NCBI GenBank assembly: GCA_964644705.1
Contig: CAZXYF010000001.1
Span: forward strand, 1 to 45,869
Direction: 5' to 3'
Length of the DNA: 45,869 nucleotides
Source: an uncultured candidatus Brocadiaceae bacterium
GTDB lineage: Bacteria; Planctomycetota; Brocadiia; SM23-32
Position numbers and translations under genes: made by a program. The number at the start of each line of letters is the position of its first letter. Positions within the stretch are counted from its first letter, which is position 1. Under the pieces are notes generated by a model. It made no database searches, was not told the origin of the DNA, and saw nothing but the letters and a program-made list of their open reading frames with translations. This document shows, piece after piece, positions 18,356-27,096 of the stretch.

Positions 18356-19939
18356 TTACTCACCGGCGGCCTTCACATCGAAAATCGACAGTTCCCGGTC
18401 GGTCAGTCCGACACCCCGGAGGTGTTCGCGGTTTCCGCGCAGACTCTCGATGGAGTTGATACCCATGCCGCCCATCATTTCCTTGATTTCAAGCGACCAA
18501 CCGCGCAGCAGGTTGGTCAGACGTCGGACGGCGATGTCGGGGTTGAGGCGGCGCGTAAGATCGGGATCCTGCGTCGCGATACCCCAGTTACACTTGCCGG
18601 TGTAGCATTTCTGGCACATGTGACAGCCCATCGATACGAGTGCGGCGGTACCGATGTAAACGGCGTCGGCGCCCAGTGCGATGGCCTTGACCACATCGGC
18701 GCTGCAGCGGATTCCGCCGCCGGCGACCACGCTGGCCTGATTGCGGATACCTTCCTCGCGCAGGCGGGAATCGACGGCCGCCAGGGCAAATTCGGTGGGC
18801 ATGCCCACATTGTTTCGGATCATCGTGGGCGCGGCACCCGTTCCGCCGCGGTAACCGTCTATCGCCACAATATCGGCTCCTGCCCGAACGCATCCGCTGG
18901 CGATCGGTGCCACATTGTGCACGGCGGATATCTTGACCGAGACGGGCTTTTCGTAGCGCGTGGCTTCCTTGATAGCGTAGATTAGCTGCCGCAAATCCTC
19001 GATGGAATAGATATCGTGGTGTGGAGCGGGAGACAGGGCGTCGGTTCCTTCGGGGATCATCCGCGTCTGGGAAACCTCGGCGTCCACCTTTTCACCGGGC
19101 AGATGCCCACCGATACCCGGTTTGGCTCCCTGCCCGATTTTGATCTCCACGGCCGACGCCGAATTGAGGTATTCAGGATCGACTCCGAAACGTCCGGACG
19201 CCACCTGCACGATCATATTGTCGCCGTAAGGGCGTATGTCCTTATGCAGGCCACCTTCGCCACTGTTGGCGAATGTGCCACTATCTCTGGCCGCCCGGGC
19301 CAGGGCAATCGAGGCGTTGTAGCTGATGGATCCGTAGCTCATGGCGCTGAACATGATGGGGGTTTCGAGTTTCAGCTGTGGGGGAACCTCGGTTTTCAGC
19401 TCGGTTTCGCCGTCGCCGTTTTGCTCCAGCTCCACAGCGTTTGGCTTGCGGCCAAGATACGTCGTCAGTTCCATCGGCTCGCGCAGGGGATCGATCGAGG
19501 GGTTGGTGACCTGGCTCGCGTTGAGGATCAGTTTCTCCCAGTAAATGGTATCCTCCGAGTCGTTCCCCATACCCGAGAGCAGGACGCCGCCGGTTTCCGC
19601 CTGTTTGTACACGTTGCGCAGGGCGTCGGAGTCCCAGTTGCCATTGGGTCGGAACTCCCGTTCGCTCTTCTTGATATCAATGGCGTCGGTGGGGCAGAGG
19701 GTGGCACACCGATGGCATCCCACGCAGGAGGCGTTCTCGCTCTGCATCTGATCTGTGTCCGCGTCATACTCATGCACTTCGTTGCTGCACTGCTGGGCAC
19801 AGACCTCACACTGGATGCAGCGTTCCGGATCGCGTTCGATGCGGAAATCCGGGTCGATTAGCCATTGTTTGGGGTTGGGTATTTGACAGCGGGTATTCTG
19901 GCCGTCGTCAGGTGTTTGTTGGTTTTGTTGGTCTGTCAT
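18356..19939 (-). CDS. glutamate synthase FMN-binding domain protein with N-terminal 2x[4Fe-4S] ferredoxin domain (GltB domain 2-like)
   Basis: 527-aa ORF. The N-terminus carries CIQCEVCAQQC and CVGCHRCATLCP. The TIM-barrel region carries KIGQGAKPGIGGHLPG and GGTGAAP, plus the 3Fe-4S/4Fe-4S-type Cys cluster CHMCQKCYTGKC. Confidence 0.92.
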   Translation of the reverse strand: MTDQQNQQTPDDGQNTRCQIPNPKQWLIDPDFRIERDPERCIQCEVCAQQCSNEVHEYDADTDQMQSENASCVGCHRCATLCPTDAIDIKKSEREFRPNGNWDSDALRNVYKQAETGGVLLSGMGNDSEDTIYWEKLILNASQVTNPSIDPLREPMELTTYLGRKPNAVELEQNGDGETELKTEVPPQLKLETPIMFSAMSYGSISYNASIALARAARDSGTFANSGEGGLHKDIRPYGDNMIVQVASGRFGVDPEYLNSASAVEIKIGQGAKPGIGGHLPGEKVDAEVSQTRMIPEGTDALSPAPHHDIYSIEDLRQLIYAIKEATRYEKPVSVKISAVHNVAPIASGCVRAGADIVAIDGYRGGTGAAPTMIRNNVGMPTEFALAAVDSRLREEGIRNQASVVAGGGIRCSADVVKAIALGADAVYIGTAALVSMGCHMCQKCYTGKCNWGIATQDPDLTRRLNPDIAVRRLTNLLRGWSLEIKEMMGGMGINSIESLRGNREHLRGVGLTDRELSIFDVKAAGE

Positions 19940-19975
19940 TGCTTTACCTCTTTTCGGAAGGGTAATGGAAGCATA

Positions 19976-21088
19976 TCAGGCGCATTCATCGGTCGCGGAA
20001 TCCGTCGTCTGGAGCCGGCCGATGACCGGCTCCCCGCCCGCCGGTCGCCAGAGTTGGTCGGGGGACTGACAGATGGTACGGATGGCTGATTCTTCACTGG
20101 CCACATACAGCTTATCCGCTTTTCGTGCAGCCACCATGGGGCGCAGCTTGATCCGATCATTGAACCCGATCATGCCTCCGCTGTGACCGACAAGCACGGA
20201 GAAGGGGCCGTTGAGCAGAGCGCCACCGTAAACCGTGCGAATTGTGCGCGCCAGTTCTGCCTCATCGTCCGGCATCCGATCGATCTGTTCCCAGAATGGA
20301 GGCGCCAGGGCGGTGCAGGCATGCTCCACCGGCAGGCCGTGTTTTCGGATCAGCAGGTCAAACATGTAGGTGATGACTTCCGTATCGGTGTGGAACGCGC
20401 AGTGATAACCGAAGTTGTCGAGGTATCTTCTGTTGATGCCGTAGGAGGAGATTTCGCCGTTGTGGACGACCGACCAATCCAGCAGCCCAAACGGATGCGC
20501 GCCGCCCCACCATCCGGTGGTGTTTGTGGGGAACCGGCCGTGCGCCGTCCAGATGTAGGCCTCGTATTCATCCAGCCGGAAAAACTCCCCGATCTCCTCA
20601 GGGTAACCCAGGCCTTTGAACACACCCATGTTTTTCCCGCTGGAGAACACGAAAGTCCCGTCGATGGTCGTGTTGAGTTCCATCACCAGGTCCACCATCA
20701 CATCTTTCTCCGTTTTATCGTACTTCCGGGTCAACTCCTCTTCCCGCAGGTCCAGAAAATAGCGGTGGAGGAGGGGACGCTGCTTGATGGCATCCAGTTG
20801 CCGGATGGGGATCGGTTCCTGATGCCGGACCTCACATCGGTCGGCCAGAAATTCTTCAGCCTTTTGCTTGCTGGCATCATCGTCGAACATGATGTGCAGG
20901 GCATAACTGTCTCTGTGTTCGGGATATATTCCGTATGCCGCGAACCCACCACCCAGTCCGTTGGCGCGTTCGTGCATATTGGCGATGGAGCGGATGATCA
21001 GTTCGCCGCTGAGTAGCTCACCGCTCTCGGACATGAGGCCGCTGATGGAGCAACCGCTGATATCTTTATGGGGCAGGGGATTCTGCAT
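19976..21088 (-). CDS. class II (Ntn-type) glutamine amidotransferase domain protein (GltB domain 1-like)
   Basis: 370-aa ORF. The catalytic-type Cys sits in the context ISGCSISGL at residue 13. RANGLGGGFA and HGRFPTNT are typical of GATase-2 domains. Confidence 0.88.
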   Translation of the reverse strand: MQNPLPHKDISGCSISGLMSESGELLSGELIIRSIANMHERANGLGGGFAAYGIYPEHRDSYALHIMFDDDASKQKAEEFLADRCEVRHQEPIPIRQLDAIKQRPLLHRYFLDLREEELTRKYDKTEKDVMVDLVMELNTTIDGTFVFSSGKNMGVFKGLGYPEEIGEFFRLDEYEAYIWTAHGRFPTNTTGWWGGAHPFGLLDWSVVHNGEISSYGINRRYLDNFGYHCAFHTDTEVITYMFDLLIRKHGLPVEHACTALAPPFWEQIDRMPDDEAELARTIRTVYGGALLNGPFSVLVGHSGGMIGFNDRIKLRPMVAARKADKLYVASEESAIRTICQSPDQLWRPAGGEPVIGRLQTTDSATDECA

Positions 21089-21343
21089 TATTATTCCTCC
21101 TGGCTGTTGGTGAGTGTGGTCAACTCTTTTCTCAATTCTGGAGCCCCATCCACTTTCCGGGGTGCCAGCACTGAGAAAAAAGTGGCCATCAGAAGCTATT
21201 CTCAGAGATAGATCAGGCGAGGACGGTCCGTGCTCCGCCCTCGCCCGTACCCAGCAGCCGAATGCCGGGTGTAAACGACTATCTGGTGTTGGATCAGCCC
21301 GATATCACGGTTATCGGGGCAACACCGCTACTTTTTGTGTTGA

Positions 21344-21376
21344 GTTGGGCGTGCACCGGGTGGTCACACGCCCAAC
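21344..21376 (-). terminator. GC-rich hairpin after glnA (possible weak terminator or processing site)
   Basis: Perfect 10-bp stem GTTGGGCGTG/CACGCCCAAC beginning 12 nt after the glnA stop. No U-tract follows on the minus strand. Confidence 0.3.
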
Positions 21377-21387
21377 GCCAACATCAG

Positions 21388-22725
21388 TTAGAGGATTGAC
21401 AGGTAATTGTCGAGCTCATAGTTGCTCACGTGGGTGCGGTACCCATCCCATTCGATCTTTTTGTTCTCGATGAACTTCTCGAAAACGTGGTCACCCAGCG
21501 CCTCGCGGACCAGTTCGCTGTCCTCGGTCGCTTCGATGGCCTCGCCGAGGTTTCCGGGCAGGGCTGTAATACCATGTTCCGCTCGCTCCTCCTCGGACAT
21601 CTCAAAGATGTCGGACTCGACCGGATCACAGAGTTCATATCCCTCTTCCACGCCTTTGAGGCCGGCCGCAAGCATCACGGCGAAAGCCAGATAAGGATTG
21701 CACGCGGGATCGGGACAGCGCACTTCCATGCGAGTTGCCTTCTCGTTGCCCGGTTTGTACATCGGCACTCGGACCAGGGCGGACCGATTCCGCCGCGCCC
21801 ACGACACATACACCGGTGCTTCGTAGCCGGGTACCAGACGCTTGTAGGAGTTAACCCACTGGGCGATGACCGAGCAGATCTCACGGGAATGTTTAAGAAT
21901 ACCGGCGATGTAGGAGCGCGCCAGATCCGACAGATGATAGGGCGCATCGGCATCAAAAAACGCGTTCCGGTCGCCTTCAAACAGGGACATGTGGGTGTGC
22001 ATGCCGCTGCCGTTTTCCCCGAATATGGGCTTGGGCATGAAGGTGGCATAAGCGTCGTGGGACATGGCAATTTCTTTGACCGTCAGCCGGTATGTCATGG
22101 CGTAATCGGCCATTTTGAGCGCCTCAGCATAACGAAGATCAATTTCATGCTGGCTGGGCGCAACCTCGTGATGGCTGTATTCCACCGGAATGTCCATCTG
22201 TTCCAGAGTGAGAATGGTATCACGACGGAGGTCACTGGCCACGTCCAACGGCGTCAGGTCGAAATAGCCGCCGGCATCGAGCTCCTGGGTGGACTCATCG
22301 TCCTCGAAGTAGAAAAATTCGAGTTCCGGGCCCACGAACAGGTCGTATCCCATGTCCTTTGCTTTTTGGAGATTGCGTTTGAGCACGTAGCGAGGATCCC
22401 CCTCATAGGGAGTGCCATCCGGTTTAAGGATGTCGCAGAACATCCGGCCGACGGCTCCACCCTCGGTGGGGCGCCATGGCAGAATGGTGAATGTTGATGG
22501 ATCGGGCATAGCGATCATGTCGCTTTCTTCGATCCGCGCATATCCCTCGATGGATGAACCGTCGAAGCCCATTCCATCCTCGAGAGCGCCTTCGAGTTCA
22601 TCGGCCGTAATCGCGAAGCTTTTCAGCGATCCCAGCACATCGGTGAACCAGAACCGGATAAACTTCACATCCTCCTCCATCACTTTCCGCAAAACGTCTT
22701 CTTTGTCCATATCGCAGTTGGACAT
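21388..22725 (-). CDS. glnA: glutamine synthetase type I (alpha-like, no adenylylation-loop motif seen)
   Basis: The ORF track opens at 22833. I prefer the ATG at 22723-22725 (MSNCDMDKEDVLRK...), which follows GGGAG. Motifs FDGSSIEG and KPIFGENGSGMHTHMSLF are present. Length is about 445 aa. Confidence 0.95.
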   Translation of the reverse strand: MSNCDMDKEDVLRKVMEEDVKFIRFWFTDVLGSLKSFAITADELEGALEDGMGFDGSSIEGYARIEESDMIAMPDPSTFTILPWRPTEGGAVGRMFCDILKPDGTPYEGDPRYVLKRNLQKAKDMGYDLFVGPELEFFYFEDDESTQELDAGGYFDLTPLDVASDLRRDTILTLEQMDIPVEYSHHEVAPSQHEIDLRYAEALKMADYAMTYRLTVKEIAMSHDAYATFMPKPIFGENGSGMHTHMSLFEGDRNAFFDADAPYHLSDLARSYIAGILKHSREICSVIAQWVNSYKRLVPGYEAPVYVSWARRNRSALVRVPMYKPGNEKATRMEVRCPDPACNPYLAFAVMLAAGLKGVEEGYELCDPVESDIFEMSEEERAEHGITALPGNLGEAIEATEDSELVREALGDHVFEKFIENKKIEWDGYRTHVSNYELDNYLSIL

Positions 22726-22821
22726 TGTCGTGACTCCCAACACAAAGTAAAAACTATAACCGTGCGAACCAGAGATTTTCTGTCGGTGGCCGGCGCGCAC
22801 CGGCCGTTCACCCAAACATTG

Positions 22822-22837
22822 CGCAACTACCATGCCA
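22822..22837 (-). promoter_or_regulatory. sigma54 (-24/-12) promoter of glnA
   Basis: The minus strand reads TGGCATG-GTAG-TTGCG, against the consensus TGGCACG-N4-TTGCW. The GG and GC are correctly spaced. It lies about 85-100 nt upstream of the glnA ATG. Confidence 0.75.
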
Positions 22838-22925
22838 CGACGTCTGGCAAACCTGTAACGTTATGCGCAGGAATAAGATAACAGGTATATGCGAATATAG
22901 ACCATGCCGAATCGTGCTTGTGGGC

Positions 22926-22984
22926 TGCACAAGGGTGGTGCATGTCGGAGTTGGTGCATTGTTGTTGGGCACCACAGGGGGGCA
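22926..22984. promoter_or_regulatory. two NtrC-type dyads (candidate enhancer/UAS for the glnA sigma54 promoter)
   Basis: TGCACA-AGGGT-GGTGCA at 22926-22942 matches TGCACC-N5-GGTGCA at 11 of 12 half-site positions. GGCACC-ACAGG-GGGGCA at 22968-22984 matches at 10 of 12. The centres are 42 bp apart and lie roughly 100-170 bp upstream of the -24/-12 element. Confidence 0.55.
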
Positions 22985-23126
22985 TTTGGTGGGGAAGTGA
23001 CTGATAATTTTGTGTGGGGCGGAAGAATGCTGAGATGGTGAGATCGGATCGCCAGTTCTATTCAGTGGGTTCTGGGATTGGGCAGCGTGGCTCTGGTGGC
23101 TGTCGCGAGTGTTTTGTCGGGGGCAC

Positions 23127-23155
23127 TTGACATCTGTGACGCTGTTGCGTATATT
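23127..23155 (+). promoter_or_regulatory. sigma70-type promoter of rpsB-tsf (TTGACA-N17-TATATT)
   Basis: TTGACA at 23127-23132, a 17-nt spacer, then TATATT at 23150-23155. This implies a 5' leader of about 250 nt. Confidence 0.6.
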
Positions 23156-23412
23156 ATCGTTCCACTTCGACGCTGTTTTGCGGGGCTTTAAATCCTTGAA
23201 ACTAGGGATGGGAAACCATTCCAACTTATTGGCAACGCGAAACAGGTCACGTCTTCCAATCAAGACGATTCCGGAGTGCCTTCATCTGGCGGATAATTCC
23301 CCTGACGTCAAGCGATATCAATGTGCCCCGCTGCGTTACCGGATTATCTGACCATTCTTTACATAAGAGAACTTTAAGGGCGCATGTATCCAGAGGAGCG
23401 ATCGAACAAGTT

Positions 23413-24171
23413 ATGGATATCGATGTAAAAGATCTGATTCAGGCTGGCGTCCATTTTGGTCACCGTAGCAGCAGATGGAATCCCAAGATGGAACCCTATA
23501 TATACAAGAAACGTAATCTGATACACATAATTGACCTGGAAAAGACGCTTTACGGCCTGGTTGCCGGTAAAAAAGTGGCGGCCGCGGTGGCGGAGCGTGG
23601 TGAATATGTTTTGTTTGCCGGAACGAAACGCCAGGCGGAACCGATCATTGAACGTGAAGCGGAACGGTGTGGAATGCCATATGTGGCTGAACGCTGGCCG
23701 GGCGGGTTGCTGACCAATTATGTCACCATCCGCAAACGATTGGACCGCCTCGATGAGCTGGAGGATCTGGAAAGAACCGGTCGAATCGAACAGTACAGTA
23801 AGAAAATGATTTCCTCTCTGCGCCGGGAAAAGCAAAAGATTCTGCGAAACCTCGGTGGCGTGCGCGACATGGACCGGTTGCCGGGGCTGGTTGTGATAGT
23901 CGATCCTGCGCGTGAGTCCATTGCAGTTCGTGAGGCCGTAAAACTGGGGATTCCCACCATTGCCTGGATGGATACCAATGGGGATCCAGAAGACATTGAT
24001 ATAGTGGTTCCCGCGAACGACGACGCTATCGGCTCGATTGAGATTTTTGCGCGCACAATGGCTGATGGCGTTCTTGAAGGGCGTGAACGCGCTGAAGTCG
24101 GCAAAGAGGAATCCAAAAAGCAAGAAGAAGACAAGGAACAGGCGGAGTCAGGGGAACAGGATAAAGAATGA
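23413..24171 (+). CDS. rpsB: 30S ribosomal protein S2
   Basis: ATG at 23413 follows GAGGAG. The N-terminus MDIDVKDLIQAGVHFGHRSSRWNPKM is the conserved S2 start. Acidic C-terminal tail. Confidence 0.96.
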   Translation: MDIDVKDLIQAGVHFGHRSSRWNPKMEPYIYKKRNLIHIIDLEKTLYGLVAGKKVAAAVAERGEYVLFAGTKRQAEPIIEREAERCGMPYVAERWPGGLLTNYVTIRKRLDRLDELEDLERTGRIEQYSKKMISSLRREKQKILRNLGGVRDMDRLPGLVVIVDPARESIAVREAVKLGIPTIAWMDTNGDPEDIDIVVPANDDAIGSIEIFARTMADGVLEGRERAEVGKEESKKQEEDKEQAESGEQDKE

Positions 24172-24238
24172 TCTGCTGGCTGTCTGCGCTGAAGCATAGA
24201 GGAAATTATCGACTTTTGAACCTCAGGAGAAAAAAACG

Positions 24239-24868
24239 ATGGGTGTGTCTGCACAGGAAGTAAAGGAATTGCGGGATAAAACGGGTGCCGGGATGATGGA
24301 TTGCAAGGAGGCTCTGGTCGAGGCGGATGGTGATCAGGACCAGGCAATGACTGTTTTGCGCGAGAAGGGCAAGGCCGATGCTGAGGAACGTAGCGCGCGT
24401 TCGGCTGATGAGGGCATTATCGCGCACTATGTGCATGGGAACAACAAAATTGGAGTCCTCATTGAGTTCAATTGCGAAACGGACTTTGTTGCCCGAAACG
24501 AGGATTTCCAGGAACTCGGCGAGGAAATGGCAATGCAAATTGCCGCGATGGATCCTATGGCCATACGTCGGGAGGATATTCCGGACGAAGTTGTTGAACG
24601 CGAGCGCCAGATTTATGCCAAGCATGCAGCCGATAAACCCGATCACGTCGTGGAGCAAATTGTCGATGGCAAAATGGAAAAATTCTTTTCCAAGGCGTGT
24701 TTAATGGAACAGGAATACATCCGCGACAACGACAAGACCATTCAAGATCTCGTTGATGAAATGGTCAGTGTGGTGGGGGAGAAGATTCGCGTATCGCGCT
24801 TCGAGCGGATGGAAGTGGGCGGTGCCGGTGAATCTGAGGATACCGGAGACGAAACCTCCGAAGAATAG
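24239..24868 (+). CDS. tsf: elongation factor Ts (short form)
   Basis: The N-terminal UBA-like motif is VKELRDKTGAGMMDCKEALVEADGD. 209 aa with an acidic tail. Directly downstream of rpsB. Confidence 0.93.
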   Translation: MGVSAQEVKELRDKTGAGMMDCKEALVEADGDQDQAMTVLREKGKADAEERSARSADEGIIAHYVHGNNKIGVLIEFNCETDFVARNEDFQELGEEMAMQIAAMDPMAIRREDIPDEVVERERQIYAKHAADKPDHVVEQIVDGKMEKFFSKACLMEQEYIRDNDKTIQDLVDEMVSVVGEKIRVSRFERMEVGGAGESEDTGDETSEE

Positions 24869-24918
24869 CCCCCGTATGTTGCCCACTTTTTGTGCGCGCT
24901 GGCTCCGGGAGACCTACT

Positions 24919-25656
24919 ATGACCCCACAATCCACCCATGAACAAGCTCTGTTGAAACTCAGTGGCAGCGCTCTCGGGCCCGAGGGCGCCATGGGGATTG
25001 ATGAGGAACAAGTTGAGTATATCAGTTCGGAGATCGTGTCCGCCCGGGAGGTCTGTTCGCGGCTTGCCGTGGTGATTGGCGGCGGAAATATCATGCGCGG
25101 TGCCAGCTTCTGCCCCGACGGGGAGGGGAGATTACGGGCGGATCATGCCGGCATGCTTGCGACTTCCGTCAATGCTCTTGTTCTTCAGGACAGTCTGGAA
25201 GCCCGCGGTATTACTACTGCCATCTATAGTGGGCTGGCGGTGGAGGAAGCCATACCGCCATTTGAGAGGGAGAAAGCCCGTGAAGATCTGCACGCGCAGC
25301 GCGTGGTTATTCTGTCAGGCGGTACGGGTAATCCGCTCTTCACCACGGACACGGCGGCCGCTCTGCGTGGGATCCAACTCGGAGTGGATGTCGTGTTGAA
25401 AGCCACTCGCGTGGATGGTGTTTTCAGCTCGGACCCGGAACAATCCGATGATGCAGAATTTTTTGATCGTCTGGGATATCACGAAGTACTGTCGCGTCGA
25501 TTGGGAGTGATGGATTTATGTGCCGTCTCCCTCTGTATGGAGCATGCAATGCCCGTGCGAGTTTTCAACTATAAGCAGAAAGATAATATTCGCCGCGCAC
25601 TGGCCGGGCAAAATATTGGGACTCTTATAGGAACCGAAAGCCATGGATATGGATGA
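24919..25656 (+). CDS. pyrH: UMP kinase
   Basis: Motifs LLKLSGSAL, VVIGGGNIMRG and ILSGGTGNPLFTTDTAAALR. The start is taken at ATG 24919; the ORF opens at 24892. Confidence 0.93.
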   Translation: MTPQSTHEQALLKLSGSALGPEGAMGIDEEQVEYISSEIVSAREVCSRLAVVIGGGNIMRGASFCPDGEGRLRADHAGMLATSVNALVLQDSLEARGITTAIYSGLAVEEAIPPFEREKAREDLHAQRVVILSGGTGNPLFTTDTAAALRGIQLGVDVVLKATRVDGVFSSDPEQSDDAEFFDRLGYHEVLSRRLGVMDLCAVSLCMEHAMPVRVFNYKQKDNIRRALAGQNIGTLIGTESHGYG

Positions 25657-26203
25657 GACTCTTCTTGATGCCGAGCAACGGATGGAAAAAGCCGTAAGTG
25701 TTTTTGCCGACGAACTGAAGGGGATACGAGCCGGTACGGCCAACCCCGGATTGGTTGAAAATATACGAGTTGATTATTACGGATCAAAAACCCCGCTCAA
25801 ACAGATAGCTAATATAGGCGTGCCCGACCCGCAGCTGATTGTCATCAAGCCCTACGATCCCAGCTGCATCGAGGATGTGGCGAAGGCTATTCAGAAGAGT
25901 GATCTTGGCATACATCCTCAGAATGACGGAAAAGTGATCAGACTGGCGGTGCCCGGGCTGAGCGAAGAACGGCGAGATCAGCTTGTGAATCGGGTGAAGG
26001 AATCGGCAGAGGATGCCCGGGTGGCCATTCGCAATATACGTCGGGATGCCAACAAACAATTGGATAAGTTGGAAGACAAATCAGAAATTAGTGAAGATGA
26101 TTGCCGGCGTGGACAGGAACACATCCAGGAGCTTACTGACGAATATACGCAGGAAGTTGACGATATGCTGGAGAGAAAGACCGAGGATATCCGTAAAGTT
26201 TGA
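25643..26203 (+). CDS. frr: ribosome recycling factor
   Basis: 186 aa. Motifs IRAGTANPGLVENIRVDYYGSKTPLKQIA and IRNIRRDANK. Overlaps the pyrH 3' end by 14 nt. Confidence 0.95.
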   Translation: MDMDETLLDAEQRMEKAVSVFADELKGIRAGTANPGLVENIRVDYYGSKTPLKQIANIGVPDPQLIVIKPYDPSCIEDVAKAIQKSDLGIHPQNDGKVIRLAVPGLSEERRDQLVNRVKESAEDARVAIRNIRRDANKQLDKLEDKSEISEDDCRRGQEHIQELTDEYTQEVDDMLERKTEDIRKV

Positions 26204-26227
26204 ATTCTGATTGACACGCGACGGCGG

Positions 26228-26265
26228 CCGGATGTGGCGCAATTGAAAGCCACATCCGGTCTTTC
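26228..26265 (+). terminator. rho-independent terminator after frr
   Basis: Perfect 11-bp stem CCGGATGTGGC/GCCACATCCGG followed by TCTTTC. Confidence 0.65.
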
Positions 26266-26315
26266 GCATTGATGTATCGCGGTATTGGTTCCCTCACCGG
26301 AGGAGGAAAGAGCGG

Positions 26316-26909
26316 ATGACTATACCCAATTATCTCACCCTTGCCCGTCTGGCCCTGGCCCCGGTTTTTATCGGGTTATACGTATCGGATGGGACCACGG
26401 CAGCGGTGGCAGCGCTGGTGGTTGCCGTCACATTTGAGATTACGGACCTGCTGGATGGCTACATCGCCCGTTCCTACGATCAGGTGAGCTCGATTGGCAA
26501 ACTGATCGACCCAATGGCCGACAGTATATCCAGATTCAGCGTATTTCTGGCCTTTGTCACCGAAAGTTCCGTTCGGTCGGATCCCTGGCCTGTACTGCTG
26601 GTGGCCATGATCTTCTACCGTGATGCCATCGTTGCCTACATCCGCATATTTGCCGCCTCAACCGGTATGGTTCTGGCGGCTCGAACGAGCGGCAAGGTGA
26701 AGGCAGTGGTTCAGGGCACGGGTATCGCCATTTTTCTCACCGTACGAATGCTGGCGCATTTCTATTCCTCGCTGCAACCGTATCTGCAAATGGTCTTTTA
26801 TGGTGTTATGTGCCCGATAGTGGTGATAACTATCTGGTCAGCAATCGATTACGTAACGTCCAACCGAAGCGCAATACAGGCCATGACGGAGCACGATAAC
26901 GTTGCATGA
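26316..26909 (+). CDS. pgsA: CDP-alcohol phosphatidyltransferase (PgsA-like)
   Basis: The family motif D-x2-DG-x2-AR...G-x3-D-x3-D is present as DLLDGYIARSYDQVSSIGKLIDPMAD. 197-aa multi-TM protein. The specific substrate is not determinable from sequence. Confidence 0.8.
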   Translation: MTIPNYLTLARLALAPVFIGLYVSDGTTAAVAALVVAVTFEITDLLDGYIARSYDQVSSIGKLIDPMADSISRFSVFLAFVTESSVRSDPWPVLLVAMIFYRDAIVAYIRIFAASTGMVLAARTSGKVKAVVQGTGIAIFLTVRMLAHFYSSLQPYLQMVFYGVMCPIVVITIWSAIDYVTSNRSAIQAMTEHDNVA

Positions 26910-26934
26910 GGGGATGTGGATCTCGGTCGTTAAG

Positions 26935-26963
26935 TTGAATGGAAGACGTTGTACCTGTATAAT
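26935..26963 (+). promoter_or_regulatory. sigma70-type promoter of hppA (TTGAAT-N17-TATAAT)
   Basis: TTGAAT at 26935-26940, a 17-nt spacer, then TATAAT at 26958-26963. Confidence 0.5.
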
Positions 26964-27096
26964 CCCTGCCTATTCTGAAAGTCCATATTGAGTTGTTTCA
27001 CGACTCGTCCTCACTTTTTCCATCCGGGTCCGGGGTACGACTGTACCCGCATTACCCGGAGAATCTTTGTTTACGTCAGAGGCTGGAGGATCGTTG

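Noticed and set aside
21089-21387. Separate sigma54 promoter for the GOGAT cluster
   Set aside because: Two TGGC-containing sites are present on the minus strand (TGGCAC-CCCGG-AAAGT and TGGCCA-CTTTT-TTCTC). Neither has the GC dinucleotide at -12.
22808-23263. 151-aa minus-strand ORF in the glnA-rpsB spacer
   Set aside because: The product is a low-complexity Pro/Thr/Ser/His-rich sequence with no start context. The ORF overlaps the glnA sigma54 promoter, the NtrC-type dyads and the rpsB promoter.
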